Shown here piece after piece: positions 27,132 to 36,304 of a DNA stretch of 64,000 bases; positions within the stretch are counted from its first letter, which is position 1, and every line of letters begins with the position of its first letter. Under the pieces are notes generated by a model, which did no database searches, was not told the DNA's origin, and worked only from the letters and a program-made list of their open reading frames with translations. Source of the DNA: Candidatus Saccharimonadales bacterium (GTDB lineage: Bacteria; Patescibacteriota; Saccharimonadia; Saccharimonadales; 2-12-FULL-41-12); the NCBI GenBank assembly GCA_041600715.1, contig JBFIJM010000001.1, positions 533,425 through 597,424 of the forward strand, in the 5' to 3' direction. The translations under genes were made by a program, and so were the position numbers.

Positions 27132-27725
27132 CTAATAATATTGATACGTAGTATTAACATATCTCCACAAAAGTAACCCTAAAGTAATCATCGCATAAAT
27201 ATTAATAATTAGCGCTAATATTCCGCTAATAAAATAACCGGTCTTAGCAAGTTCCATGCCTGATATTACAAAAATTCTTAGCAGGTCCATCCATACTCCA
27301 AAAAATAAAACCACAGTAAGAACAGCCAGCAATGTATAGCCTATCACCCCAATAATTTTATTTCGTGCTCTTTGCTGTACGATACGGGGGCTAATACCTC
27401 GCTGACTGTTGTCCGTCGCCATAATAAGTTCGTTTTGTGCTTTAACTTTAATGTTAGCAACAAATAAATAAAGCATATACACACCCAGACCAGCAAAACC
27501 CCATATAAATACAGTGATCAAGTCTGCAGCACGAGGCGTTTCGCTAATTTTTAGTAAAATAGTACTCACTAAACCTTGTGAAAGGTTAATGGTCCCAGTG
27601 TCTCTACCTAAAACACTCAAGATTGCCGGGCTAAATTCGATGAAAAAGATAAATAATGCAATAGCCACTGCAGTGATAAAGTAGGTTTGTGTTGCGACGA
27701 ATGTTTTTTTGAAATCCCAGATCAT
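27132..27725 (-). CDS. Hypothetical membrane protein
   Basis: Four hydrophobic segments. Confidence 0.75.
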   Translation of the reverse strand: MIWDFKKTFVATQTYFITAVAIALFIFFIEFSPAILSVLGRDTGTINLSQGLVSTILLKISETPRAADLITVFIWGFAGLGVYMLYLFVANIKVKAQNELIMATDNSQRGISPRIVQQRARNKIIGVIGYTLLAVLTVVLFFGVWMDLLRIFVISGMELAKTGYFISGILALIINIYAMITLGLLLWRYVNTTYQYY

Positions 27726-27851
27726 GCTTATACTTAGCTCTTTAGAAAGTACTATACACTCCTGTTAGCAGAGTAGCAATTGAGTAATGATGTCGTATGC
27801 TCGCTATACTTTGTATAGTGACTGGGTACGCTATGATAAACTGAAGATAAT

Positions 27852-28205
27852 ATGAATAAAAAGCTCATAGATACAACTCCTCCGCCCATCTGCAACCAAA
27901 TCGAGGATGAGCCTGGAAGCATCCAGGCTTCTCTGGATATCCTGGGTGATAAATGGTCACCTGTTCTACTCGGACAGCTCGTAAGTGCCGATAAAACATT
28001 CGGGGAGCTTGAGCTTGCTCTGAAAGGCGTTAGCCCCAGAACGCTTAGTTCCAGACTGGACAAGTTGGAGGCTGAATTAATACTTACTAAGAAGCTATAT
28101 TGCGAACACCCTCCCAGATATAAGTATTCTCTAACCAAAAAAGGTCACGACCTGCGCGGAATCCTTGCCCGGATGGCTGACTGGGGTAAGAAATACTCAG
28201 CTTAG
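27852..28205 (+). CDS. HxlR family transcriptional regulator
   Basis: ILGDKW, GVSPRTLSSRL, PPR..YSLT..G.DL..IL. Confidence 0.92.
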   Translation: MNKKLIDTTPPPICNQIEDEPGSIQASLDILGDKWSPVLLGQLVSADKTFGELELALKGVSPRTLSSRLDKLEAELILTKKLYCEHPPRYKYSLTKKGHDLRGILARMADWGKKYSA

Positions 28206-29170
28206 CTTTCTTTAGATATGCAGTCGCTCACTAATTGCAGTAGGTTAGAAATAGAGTCAGCAGACATCAGTTGTATCCGATATTCCTTGGCATTCGGAAA
28301 CCCATTCACGTATATCTTACAGAACTTATTTAAAGGAGCGATCGGTCGCTCACCTTCTTCCCAGGTTTCTGAAAATAATTGAACATGTCTTTGAAAAATC
28401 ATGAGCTTCTCCTTTGGAGACAAAGTATCCCAAGGCGACTTCTGTGCAAATGCATATGGATCCTGAAAGATACCTCTCCCAATCATAATCCCGTCCACGC
28501 CACTCGAAGCTACGAGCTCAAGACCCTGAGCATGGCTCATCACATCACCGTTCCCGACTAGTAATGTATTTGGGGCTATTTCATCACGTAGCTCTCGCAC
28601 TCTACTTGCCAGTTCCCAGTGCGCTGGAACCTTAGACATCTCACGAACCGTGCGCATGTGCACACTTACCATCGCCAATTGTTGTTCAAAAACAGTTCTG
28701 AGCCACCCTTCATCAAACTCCCGAAACCCAATACGTGTTTTTACGCTTAGTGGCAGTTGTCCATTCAGCCCTTCTTTTGTTGCCTGAATAATCTCTACGG
28801 CCCGGTCTGGAAACTGGATCATGCCACCACAACAACCGTTTTTTACCACTGCCTTGTCTGGACATCCAAAATTTATATCAACCCCATCAAAGCCCATATC
28901 TACTAGCTCAATGGCTGTTTTCCTGAAATTCTCTGGTGTTTTACCCCAAATTTGAGCGATCAGCGGATGCTCCGCATCCGTAAACTTCAGACGTCGCAGT
29001 GCTGCTGTACGCCCTGGCGATTGCAGGGCGTCGACGTTTACAAATTCTGTAAAGTACAAATCTGGAGCAGAGCATTCTGCTACTACCCGCCTAAATACAG
29101 TCTCTGTGACATCATCCATTGGCGCCAATACAAAAAAAGGTTTGGGTAAATTACTTAAAACATTATTCAC
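28202..29170 (-). CDS. dus: tRNA-dihydrouridine synthase
   Basis: LAPMDDVT, DINFGCP, SVKTRIG, GNGDV, GIMIGRG. Confidence 0.93.
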   Translation of the reverse strand: MNNVLSNLPKPFFVLAPMDDVTETVFRRVVAECSAPDLYFTEFVNVDALQSPGRTAALRRLKFTDAEHPLIAQIWGKTPENFRKTAIELVDMGFDGVDINFGCPDKAVVKNGCCGGMIQFPDRAVEIIQATKEGLNGQLPLSVKTRIGFREFDEGWLRTVFEQQLAMVSVHMRTVREMSKVPAHWELASRVRELRDEIAPNTLLVGNGDVMSHAQGLELVASSGVDGIMIGRGIFQDPYAFAQKSPWDTLSPKEKLMIFQRHVQLFSETWEEGERPIAPLNKFCKIYVNGFPNAKEYRIQLMSADSISNLLQLVSDCISKES

Positions 29171-29173
29171 TTC

Positions 29174-30046
29174 TTAACTATTATACAGATATAGAAGCGT
29201 TACGGATATGGCGCCACCTACTGTGTAATTAAGGAACATAAAACGATTCCATGCTCTCGCGTATCTAGGTGAAGTTTCAGAAGTAACCCCGAGGCAGCTA
29301 ATTATTACTAAGGCATATGGCACTAAAGCAATAATGCCAAAAATCGAGTCTCTGCCGTGTTCAAGAAACAAAGCTGTTGCCCCTAGTAGGTACATAATTA
29401 AACAAAAATATAGCGTTCGCTTGGCGCCAAGCCTTGTAGCGATAGTCGATGTACCGGTTTCACGATCAGGCTTTATGTCACGAATTGCACCAAGCGCATG
29501 CTGAGCTGTAGCCCATAAATAAAAAGCCATGAACGCGCCAACCCACATATCCTCACCGCCAAAATACAAAATAGCGAAAATAAACGGCGAAGTGTAATGG
29601 AACGCAGAAGTTAGCGAATCCAAAAATGCCGTTTCTTTAAATCGCAAACCATTCACGCTATATGCGAACACCAGGTAAATCATAATGATCAAAAAGAAGT
29701 TAGCAATAAAGTTACCAGTGACCAGCAAAAATAAAACGAACGGAACATTAGTCCAGGCAATAGCACGCCAAAGGTACGGATGCTTAAGTTTAGATAGAAC
29801 AGATCCGTGTATGCTACCGTTTTTTCTAGGGTTCTTAATGTCAGATTCGTAGTCAAAAATATCATTTACGCCGTACAGCATTAGGTTATACGGGATCAAG
29901 AAGTATAACGCGCCGAGAACAACTCGATAGTCAACAAAACCTTGTGTTAATAACGCCCCAATCACAAACGGTACCGTGGTTGTAATCCACCAAAATGGTC
30001 GACTAATCACTAGAATATCAGTAAGACTTAGCCTATTCCTTTTCAT
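29174..30046 (-). CDS. crtEb: UbiA-family prenyltransferase, lycopene elongase-like (start likely ATG 30046)
   Basis: SRP.WW.T, PYNL..YGVNDIFDYESD..NPRK, AYS..GLRFKE..FLDS, DI.PDR..G..TIAT.LG; adjacent to cyclase subunits. Confidence 0.8.
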   Translation of the reverse strand: MKRNRLSLTDILVISRPFWWITTTVPFVIGALLTQGFVDYRVVLGALYFLIPYNLMLYGVNDIFDYESDIKNPRKNGSIHGSVLSKLKHPYLWRAIAWTNVPFVLFLLVTGNFIANFFLIIMIYLVFAYSVNGLRFKETAFLDSLTSAFHYTSPFIFAILYFGGEDMWVGAFMAFYLWATAQHALGAIRDIKPDRETGTSTIATRLGAKRTLYFCLIMYLLGATALFLEHGRDSIFGIIALVPYALVIISCLGVTSETSPRYARAWNRFMFLNYTVGGAISVTLLYLYNS

Positions 30047-30326
30047 AAAAACTCCACACACTTCCAATGCCAATAACTGCTGAGAAGGTATACATAAAAT
30101 CTTCTATTGGAGCATATCCTAGCCTGATGTTTGTCATTGTAGCCTCATTATACGTCACGACTGGCGCCCCAGTGAGGAACTGATCGAAAATTGCAGTGAG
30201 CACCATTAAGAAAACCATCACTCCCCAACATTGCCTAGTCTTAATAACATGCGTTTTGAGTATCCACATGTCTAAAACAATTGTGAGCAAAATGAAAGGT
30301 AGGCCCATTAAGACATACGTAAACAT
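30033..30326 (-). CDS. Lycopene cyclase domain protein (CrtYf/CrtYh-like subunit)
   Basis: Small membrane protein with LTAIFD and APIEDF.Y motifs. Confidence 0.8.
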   Translation of the reverse strand: MFTYVLMGLPFILLTIVLDMWILKTHVIKTRQCWGVMVFLMVLTAIFDQFLTGAPVVTYNEATMTNIRLGYAPIEDFMYTFSAVIGIGSVWSFYEKE

Positions 30327-30619
30327 ACTAGCCTCCAGACGATTACAACGTTATAAGTTAGCAGGCCTAGAAATAAAAACTCTTCTATCGGGAGGTCAGG
30401 ACTGCCGATGTATAGACCACTCACTAATGCTTGGTTAGTAGAAAATACACCCAGAAGAATTCCTACAATATCCCAAACTAAGAAGAAAACTAATGCAAAA
30501 GCAAAGCATGCTCCCGCTTGGTGGGGGTTACGAAACCATGCTAATTTATATATCCAATCTGCATATATTAATCCCAAGATGGAACATAACAGTAATACCA
30601 AATAGTAATATTGCATCAT
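30308..30619 (-). CDS. Lycopene cyclase domain protein (CrtYe/CrtYg-like subunit); start likely ATG 30619 or 30616
   Basis: FFLVWDIVGI.LG.F and PDLPIEEFLFL motifs. Confidence 0.8.
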   Translation of the reverse strand: MMQYYYLVLLLCSILGLIYADWIYKLAWFRNPHQAGACFAFALVFFLVWDIVGILLGVFSTNQALVSGLYIGSPDLPIEEFLFLGLLTYNVVIVWRLVCLRMS

Positions 30620-30640
30620 CTTATTGTTATTATAGAGGTA

Positions 30641-32203
30641 ATGAGCAAGAAAAAAGTAATAATTATCGGCTCTGGCATTGGTGGGTTGGGGACTGCATGC
30701 ATCTTGGGTCAGGCTGGTTATGATGTAGAGGTCTTCGAGAAAAATAGCTGGCACGGGGGTCGAGCTGGTTTAATTACTGTTAAAAAACAAAAAGACGGTA
30801 CTTGGGGCGAAGATGCCTCTCCTAGAAGCAAACAAAGTTTCAAATTTGATACTGGTCCAAGTTGGTACTTAATGCCTGACATCTTCGAACATTTTTATAA
30901 ACTTATTGGCGAAGATGTTCATGATCAGCTCGATCTCAAGCGCCTCAGTCCAAGTTATCAAGTCATGTTTAAAGACACGTTTCTCGGAAGTACAAAAATT
31001 TACGGGGATCTAAAAAAAGATGGGCCTACCCTAGAATCCATTGAACCAGGTGCGCATAACAGAATGATCACCTATCTCGAGCAGTCCAGCCACCAGTACA
31101 ATATTGCTATCTCTCAGTTTCTCTACAAAAACTACGATTCAATCTTAGACTTCTTTAGCTTAAAAATGATGCGCGACGGCCTACGGCTTAACGTCTTTAG
31201 CAGTATGCAGAGTTACGTTTCCAAAAGATTTTCAAGTCCCGAAATACAAAAAATTTTACAATATCCTCTTGTGTTTCTGGGCGCTAGTCCTAAGAATGCA
31301 CCAGCTCTTTATAACATCATGAGTCACATTGATTTTAAACAAGGTGTTTTTTACCCAATGGGAGGTATTTACTCTGTTACTAAATCACTAATACTGCTGG
31401 CAGAGAAAAGTGGCACGAAACTTCACCTTAACACTGAAGTAGAGCGCATTGTTACTTCAGAAAACCGTGCTACTGGTGTTATTGTAGACGGTAAATTACA
31501 CGAAGCTGATGTTGTAATCAGCAACGCAGATATACACTATACTGAAACGAAATTACTTCACCCGATTGATCGCCAATACTCAAAACGATATTGGGATAGT
31601 CGCACCCTAGCTCCGAGCGCATTGTTACTTTACTTAGGCGCAAAAGGCACATTCCCTCATCTAGAACATCATAACCTACTTTTTTCGAAAAATTGGGATG
31701 CTAATTTTAAGTCAATATTTGGGGGTAAAAAATTTCCTAAAGATCCTTCGATGTACGTTTGTAACCCTAATAAAACCGATCCAACTGTAGCGCCAAAAGG
31801 TCACGAGAATTTATTCGTTCTTGTGCCAATCGCACCTGGAGTCCACTATAACGACGTTCAATTAGAATCTTTTATCGATCAAACACTCGAGACACTCGAG
31901 ACAAGCATGCATATGACAAATTTACGTGAGAAGATTGTTTATAAAAAATCATTTTGCGTCAATGATTTTGAAACTACATATAACACTTTTAAGGGTTCGG
32001 CTTTGGGTCTCGCTCACACATTACGCCAAACAGCTATCTTCCGGCCACGAAACCAACATAAAAATATTCATAATTTACTATATGTGGGGGCCAATACCGT
32101 CCCGGGCATAGGTCTACCAATGTGTTTAATCAGTGCAGAGCTTGCATACAAACGAATTGTTAACGATACTTCTTGCGAACCAATCAAAACGCTAATTTCT
32201 TAG
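30641..32203 (+). CDS. crtI: Phytoene desaturase family protein
   Basis: GSGIGGL dinucleotide fold, FDTGPSWYLMPD, G.ALGLAHTL.QTA.FRP, GA.T.PGIGLPMCLISAEL. Confidence 0.9.
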   Translation: MSKKKVIIIGSGIGGLGTACILGQAGYDVEVFEKNSWHGGRAGLITVKKQKDGTWGEDASPRSKQSFKFDTGPSWYLMPDIFEHFYKLIGEDVHDQLDLKRLSPSYQVMFKDTFLGSTKIYGDLKKDGPTLESIEPGAHNRMITYLEQSSHQYNIAISQFLYKNYDSILDFFSLKMMRDGLRLNVFSSMQSYVSKRFSSPEIQKILQYPLVFLGASPKNAPALYNIMSHIDFKQGVFYPMGGIYSVTKSLILLAEKSGTKLHLNTEVERIVTSENRATGVIVDGKLHEADVVISNADIHYTETKLLHPIDRQYSKRYWDSRTLAPSALLLYLGAKGTFPHLEHHNLLFSKNWDANFKSIFGGKKFPKDPSMYVCNPNKTDPTVAPKGHENLFVLVPIAPGVHYNDVQLESFIDQTLETLETSMHMTNLREKIVYKKSFCVNDFETTYNTFKGSALGLAHTLRQTAIFRPRNQHKNIHNLLYVGANTVPGIGLPMCLISAELAYKRIVNDTSCEPIKTLIS

Positions 32204-32576
32204 CGATTCTTTCAAGCTCATCGTGCCCAGGAGAATCTCCATCTGGTCCATCTGCTTTTAAAGACTCGCCTTCGTCGAAGGGAATTAAATGCACGTGAAC
32301 GTGCGGTACTTCCTCGCCTTTAATCACCAATCCAACGCGTTGTTTCCCAGTAACTTCACGGATATGTGATGCTACCTTTTTCACAGTTTTCCACAAAGCT
32401 TGATACTCTTCATCAGGCAAATCAATATATTGGTCAACCTGTAGTTTTGTAACTACCAACGTATGGCCTTCTCGTACAGGTCTAATTGTCAAAAATGCGA
32501 TTGTCTTTTCGTCTTCATACACCTTATGACAAGGGATATCGCCTTTAATAATTTTTGTGAATACTGACTCTTCCAT
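32184..32576 (-). CDS. HIT family protein
   Basis: FTKII.G.IP, GHTLV, VPHVHVHLIP. Confidence 0.93.
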   Translation of the reverse strand: MEESVFTKIIKGDIPCHKVYEDEKTIAFLTIRPVREGHTLVVTKLQVDQYIDLPDEEYQALWKTVKKVASHIREVTGKQRVGLVIKGEEVPHVHVHLIPFDEGESLKADGPDGDSPGHDELERIAKKLAF

Positions 32577-32621
32577 ATGAGTACTATATTAACATTACTT
32601 TAATGGATGGGCGCTTGTTGT

Positions 32622-33737
32622 CTATTCCCAACGGAATAACTTAAAGGCGATTATATATATGATTACTGTCCAGCCTGCGATTATGGTCAATTGAGGCATT
32701 AACGAGACTAAAGTAGCCCCTTCCGTAATTATAAGTCGCACCGAATCAACGATAGGAGTAAGTGGGATGTAGCGGGTAATGTTTTGGAGCAAGTCCGGCA
32801 TTAAGAATGTAGGAAAGAATACCCCAGATAAAAACATCATTGGTAAAGCCACTAACTGTGCTAACGGTGCAGCTTGATTCTCATTTTTTGCCCATCCTCC
32901 TAGCGATAGCCCGATACCAAACATCAGTACTGTGCCCATCACTACCACAAGAGCTAGATTTAAATAGTTACCTCTCATTTCTAGATCGAACAAAACAACA
33001 GCACTAATAAACATCAACCCAACTGCAATCAATCCAATAATAGAGTTCGAGACAACGTTGCCAACAAAGTACTGCCACACTTTAAGAGGCGTGGTACGGT
33101 ATCTACGAAGTACCCCCCGTTGCTTTAACCGTGGGAAGACCGTAGTAGGACCAAATACACCTAAACTAAGGAGCGTGAACCCGAGAATACCCGCAAAAGT
33201 ATAATCAAACTGACGAAGGCCTTTTTGGGAAGTAGATTCCGTTTTAACACTAAATGATTCTACTGAAGGATTAAATTCTGCATTAATATCCTTAAAGATC
33301 GCTTCCATTATTGATGCTACGGTCCTGGATGCTTGCTCATTGTTTTGGTCGTATAAAATAATAGCTTGGCCAGCTGGACTATTAGAGCCATCTACTTCAC
33401 CAAAGTTTTCTGGTAGCGACACAATTGTGTCTATCTGCCCGCGCCTCATTTTCTCACGAGCTTCATTTAAAGTCACCTCACCTGCATCAATATCAAAAAC
33501 TTCGTTATCGCGCAGATCCTGTGAAAATTTCTTAGAGAATTCTGTCTTAGAGTCATTGATTAAAGCGACCTTGAATGAAATATCATTACTCCCACTAAAA
33601 ATAGTTCCAAAAATAATCAAGAATATAAAAGGAAAGAAGAAAACAAAGAAGATGGCCACCTTATCCCTAAACAGTCGACGTACATCGATTTTTATAAAAG
33701 TTATTACCGGTAAAAGTGAATGCTTAAGATTTATCAT
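32622..33737 (-). CDS. ABC-2 transporter permease
   Basis: TM-extracellular-5TM layout, LRR..TTPL, FLSGVFFP, ends FRWE. Confidence 0.92.
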   Translation of the reverse strand: MINLKHSLLPVITFIKIDVRRLFRDKVAIFFVFFFPFIFLIIFGTIFSGSNDISFKVALINDSKTEFSKKFSQDLRDNEVFDIDAGEVTLNEAREKMRRGQIDTIVSLPENFGEVDGSNSPAGQAIILYDQNNEQASRTVASIMEAIFKDINAEFNPSVESFSVKTESTSQKGLRQFDYTFAGILGFTLLSLGVFGPTTVFPRLKQRGVLRRYRTTPLKVWQYFVGNVVSNSIIGLIAVGLMFISAVVLFDLEMRGNYLNLALVVVMGTVLMFGIGLSLGGWAKNENQAAPLAQLVALPMMFLSGVFFPTFLMPDLLQNITRYIPLTPIVDSVRLIITEGATLVSLMPQLTIIAGWTVIIYIIAFKLFRWE

Positions 33738-33738
33738 G

Positions 33739-34494
33739 CTAGTCTCTGAGTGCCTTACCAGTTAGATCAATAAACACATCCTCTAGATTTGCTTGCTCGA
33801 CATGTTGAGACTTTTTAAAACCTTTCTTTAATAAGCTCTTTATCAAGTTCTTAGGTGTATCGATAGCAATTATTCTACCGTTGTCCATGACCGCAACCCT
33901 GTCGCATAACAGCTCTGCTTCGTCCATATAATGAGTCGTCATAATAACTGTCACCCCACGTTTTTGAACATTCCTAATTAGACCCCACAAATTCCGACGA
34001 GCTTGAGGATCGAGTCCTGTAGTAGGTTCGTCAAGAAAGAATACCTTCGGACTATGGACAAGTGCAGTTGCAATACTAAAGCGTTGTCTCTGCCCGCCTG
34101 ATAATTGCTCTGGGTAGCTATTAGCCTTATCTAGTAGCTGGACATCTGCTAGAAACTTCCGTGCGTCTACTTTCTCACCGTAAGTAGACGCAAAAAACTC
34201 AATATGTTCCGTTAATTTTGTCTTTTCCTCAAAATTTGGAGTTTGTGGCTGTACGCCGATCAAAGACTTTATCTTATGGGGGTTTTTCGAGATATCCACA
34301 CCACCTAGTGTGGCCACTCCACCGTCGATAGGGCGAAGCGTTTCCAGCATTTCAAGGGTTGTGGTTTTCCCGGCTCCGTTTGGCCCTAAGATACCGAATA
34401 TTTCTCCTTCTTTTACGAAAAAAGATATCCCCTTGACCACTTTTTTGCCGTCATATTTCTTCACTAGGTCTGTAACTTCGACTAATACCTTCAT
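33739..34494 (-). CDS. ABC transporter ATP-binding protein (start likely ATG 34494)
   Basis: GPNGAGKTT, LSGGQRQR, DEPTTGLDP, TTHYM. Confidence 0.95.
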   Translation of the reverse strand: MKVLVEVTDLVKKYDGKKVVKGISFFVKEGEIFGILGPNGAGKTTTLEMLETLRPIDGGVATLGGVDISKNPHKIKSLIGVQPQTPNFEEKTKLTEHIEFFASTYGEKVDARKFLADVQLLDKANSYPEQLSGGQRQRFSIATALVHSPKVFFLDEPTTGLDPQARRNLWGLIRNVQKRGVTVIMTTHYMDEAELLCDRVAVMDNGRIIAIDTPKNLIKSLLKKGFKKSQHVEQANLEDVFIDLTGKALRD

Positions 34495-34512
34495 ACTGCT
34501 GGTAAGTATAGC

Positions 34513-34545
34513 AAAAGCGTCCATCAGCCGAAGCCAATGGACGCT
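34513..34545 (-). terminator. Hairpin terminator after the 66-aa gene
   Basis: AGCGTCCATTGGC TTCG GCTGATGGACGCT TTT on the minus strand. Confidence 0.65.
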
Positions 34546-34570
34546 CATTACTTATTTGGAGTAAGTTAAA

Positions 34571-34771
34571 CTACTTCCCGCGCTTTACAGTTAGGAAACC
34601 ATTACGTGGATTCTCGTTTACGCTCATACCATCTGGTAGATCAGTTGCGGTATCTTTTCTGTCATCTTTTGAGAAGTAAAAGATTCTCTGCTCTTTACCA
34701 CCACGAAGTACAACGTTCTTTGAGTTTAGGTAGTACTTAACACCTTTGCTGTTTGTATGACTATAACCCAT
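34571..34771 (-). CDS. Small basic hypothetical protein
   Basis: 66 aa, GGGAGA upstream, terminator downstream. Confidence 0.75.
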   Translation of the reverse strand: MGYSHTNSKGVKYYLNSKNVVLRGGKEQRIFYFSKDDRKDTATDLPDGMSVNENPRNGFLTVKRGK

Positions 34772-34960
34772 TGTCTCTTATCTCCCTCTGTTAGATTACT
34801 AATGGTATCCCTACCATACTCCTGAGGCGATTTAGTTGTCAACCCCTTTGGCAATCAACACTCACAGACTAACCAATTAAAACGCATTGTTCTTGCGCCT
34901 GATTACGGTTATGTATTACACTAGTTTCAGTAACATTTAAAATGAAGGTGGATAACGCAT

Positions 34961-35659
34961 ATGGATTTTATGAACCGAGGTGTTCGTACCAATCAAGCCC
35001 AAACCCAACAGCCAGGACATCTAGGCAGTTCTGCGCCTGAAAACAATCAAAAACCAGGTAGATTTAATAAAGGTAATCTTTCTTGGAACAAAATCGGGAG
35101 TGTAGGATTCTTAGTCGCTATAGTTGTATTAGTCTCAGCGACTGTTTTATCCATAGGTCTTGGTAAAGGATCAGGCGAAAAACAATATGTTGATGATAAG
35201 CAGATGCAAGCAGTGTTCCTAAACGGTGGACAAGTTTACTTCGGTAATATCTCAGACCTTAACAATAAGTACATGCGTGTCGGCAACATTTACTACCTAC
35301 GTGTCAATCAGCAAGTTCAGCCAGACGGCAATGCCTCACAACAGAATGATATTTCCCTAGTAAAGCTAGGCTGTGAGCTTCACGGACCACAGGACGAAAT
35401 GCTTATCAATCGCGATCAGATTATCTTCTGGGAGAACCTAAAGAATGACGGTCAAGTAGCTAAGGCTGTTGAGGAGTATAAAAAGCAGAACCCAGAAGGT
35501 CAAAAGTGTGATACTGCTTCATCAGGGAGTAACAACACTAACACCAACGTTCCTAGTAACTCTAGCCAGAACAATACTAACGGCACAAACAACAGCACCA
35601 ACAATTCAACTACGCCATCAAATGGCACCACTAATAATTCTCAAACACAGAATCCTTAG
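34961..35659 (+). CDS. Membrane-anchored hypothetical protein with Asn-rich tail
   Basis: TM then QAVFL.GGQVYFG...YYL...LVKLG.ELHGP.D...FWENLK.DG.V, a motif set typical of CPR proteins. Confidence 0.8.
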   Translation: MDFMNRGVRTNQAQTQQPGHLGSSAPENNQKPGRFNKGNLSWNKIGSVGFLVAIVVLVSATVLSIGLGKGSGEKQYVDDKQMQAVFLNGGQVYFGNISDLNNKYMRVGNIYYLRVNQQVQPDGNASQQNDISLVKLGCELHGPQDEMLINRDQIIFWENLKNDGQVAKAVEEYKKQNPEGQKCDTASSGSNNTNTNVPSNSSQNNTNGTNNSTNNSTTPSNGTTNNSQTQNP

Positions 35660-35676
35660 TTAAATTAGTGAACAAT

Positions 35677-35714
35677 AAAAAAGAACCGTCGGGGAAACCC
35701 GGCGGTTCTTTTTT
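35677..35714. terminator. Bidirectional intrinsic terminator
   Basis: AAAAAAGAACCGTCGGG GAAA CCCGGCGGTTCTTTTTT between convergent genes. Confidence 0.9.
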
Positions 35715-36300
35715 ATCTTATCTTTGCTAGAGCCAATCTGATAATAGATGCCAACCCGAACAATGCACCCAGTACAATGCTAATGCCTGCTAGATCTGGC
35801 GACCAGCGAGGTGATACAAAATCAAATTTATACAAATCTTGAGCTATATCGTTAGTTTGTGACGCATTTCTTGCTACGTAGTCTTGGATACAACTAACTC
35901 TGGGAGCATTAAACCCTTGTCCTGGGAACTGAGAACCACACTGTGCTTCAGCTTGACGTGTCACCTCCTCATTGAGGGACTTTATCCTTGCTTCCTCTGA
36001 TTTCATCAGTCGTTCATAACGGCCTTTTAGCTGTATGGGAGGTTTTATAGCAAAGTTTCCGCTATTAAGGTTTGTGTTCATATGCCCATGTACGTGGCCT
36101 CTCAGGTTTTGAAGAGCGGTCTCAACGTCTCCGTTCTGCTCGTCAGCAGTGATTACCGCTTGTCTTAGTTCTATCATTTTAAAGTTATTATCCCGCAATC
36201 CGTAGACGCTCAGCCCAAAGAATATAATGGTTGGTATCAATAAATACACCGGCTTAACATGGTGTAGTTTCCTAAGCGAATAATGGTAGGTGTTTTTCAT
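35713..36300 (-). CDS. Hypothetical two-TM protein
   Basis: TM at both ends, soluble loop with two Cys, FVSP.WSPDLAG. Confidence 0.75.
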   Translation of the reverse strand: MKNTYHYSLRKLHHVKPVYLLIPTIIFFGLSVYGLRDNNFKMIELRQAVITADEQNGDVETALQNLRGHVHGHMNTNLNSGNFAIKPPIQLKGRYERLMKSEEARIKSLNEEVTRQAEAQCGSQFPGQGFNAPRVSCIQDYVARNASQTNDIAQDLYKFDFVSPRWSPDLAGISIVLGALFGLASIIRLALAKIR

Positions 36301-36304
36301 ATAT

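Noticed and set aside
35520-35650. AAC-rich low-complexity stretch
   Set aside because: Explained by the Asn/Thr/Ser-rich protein tail
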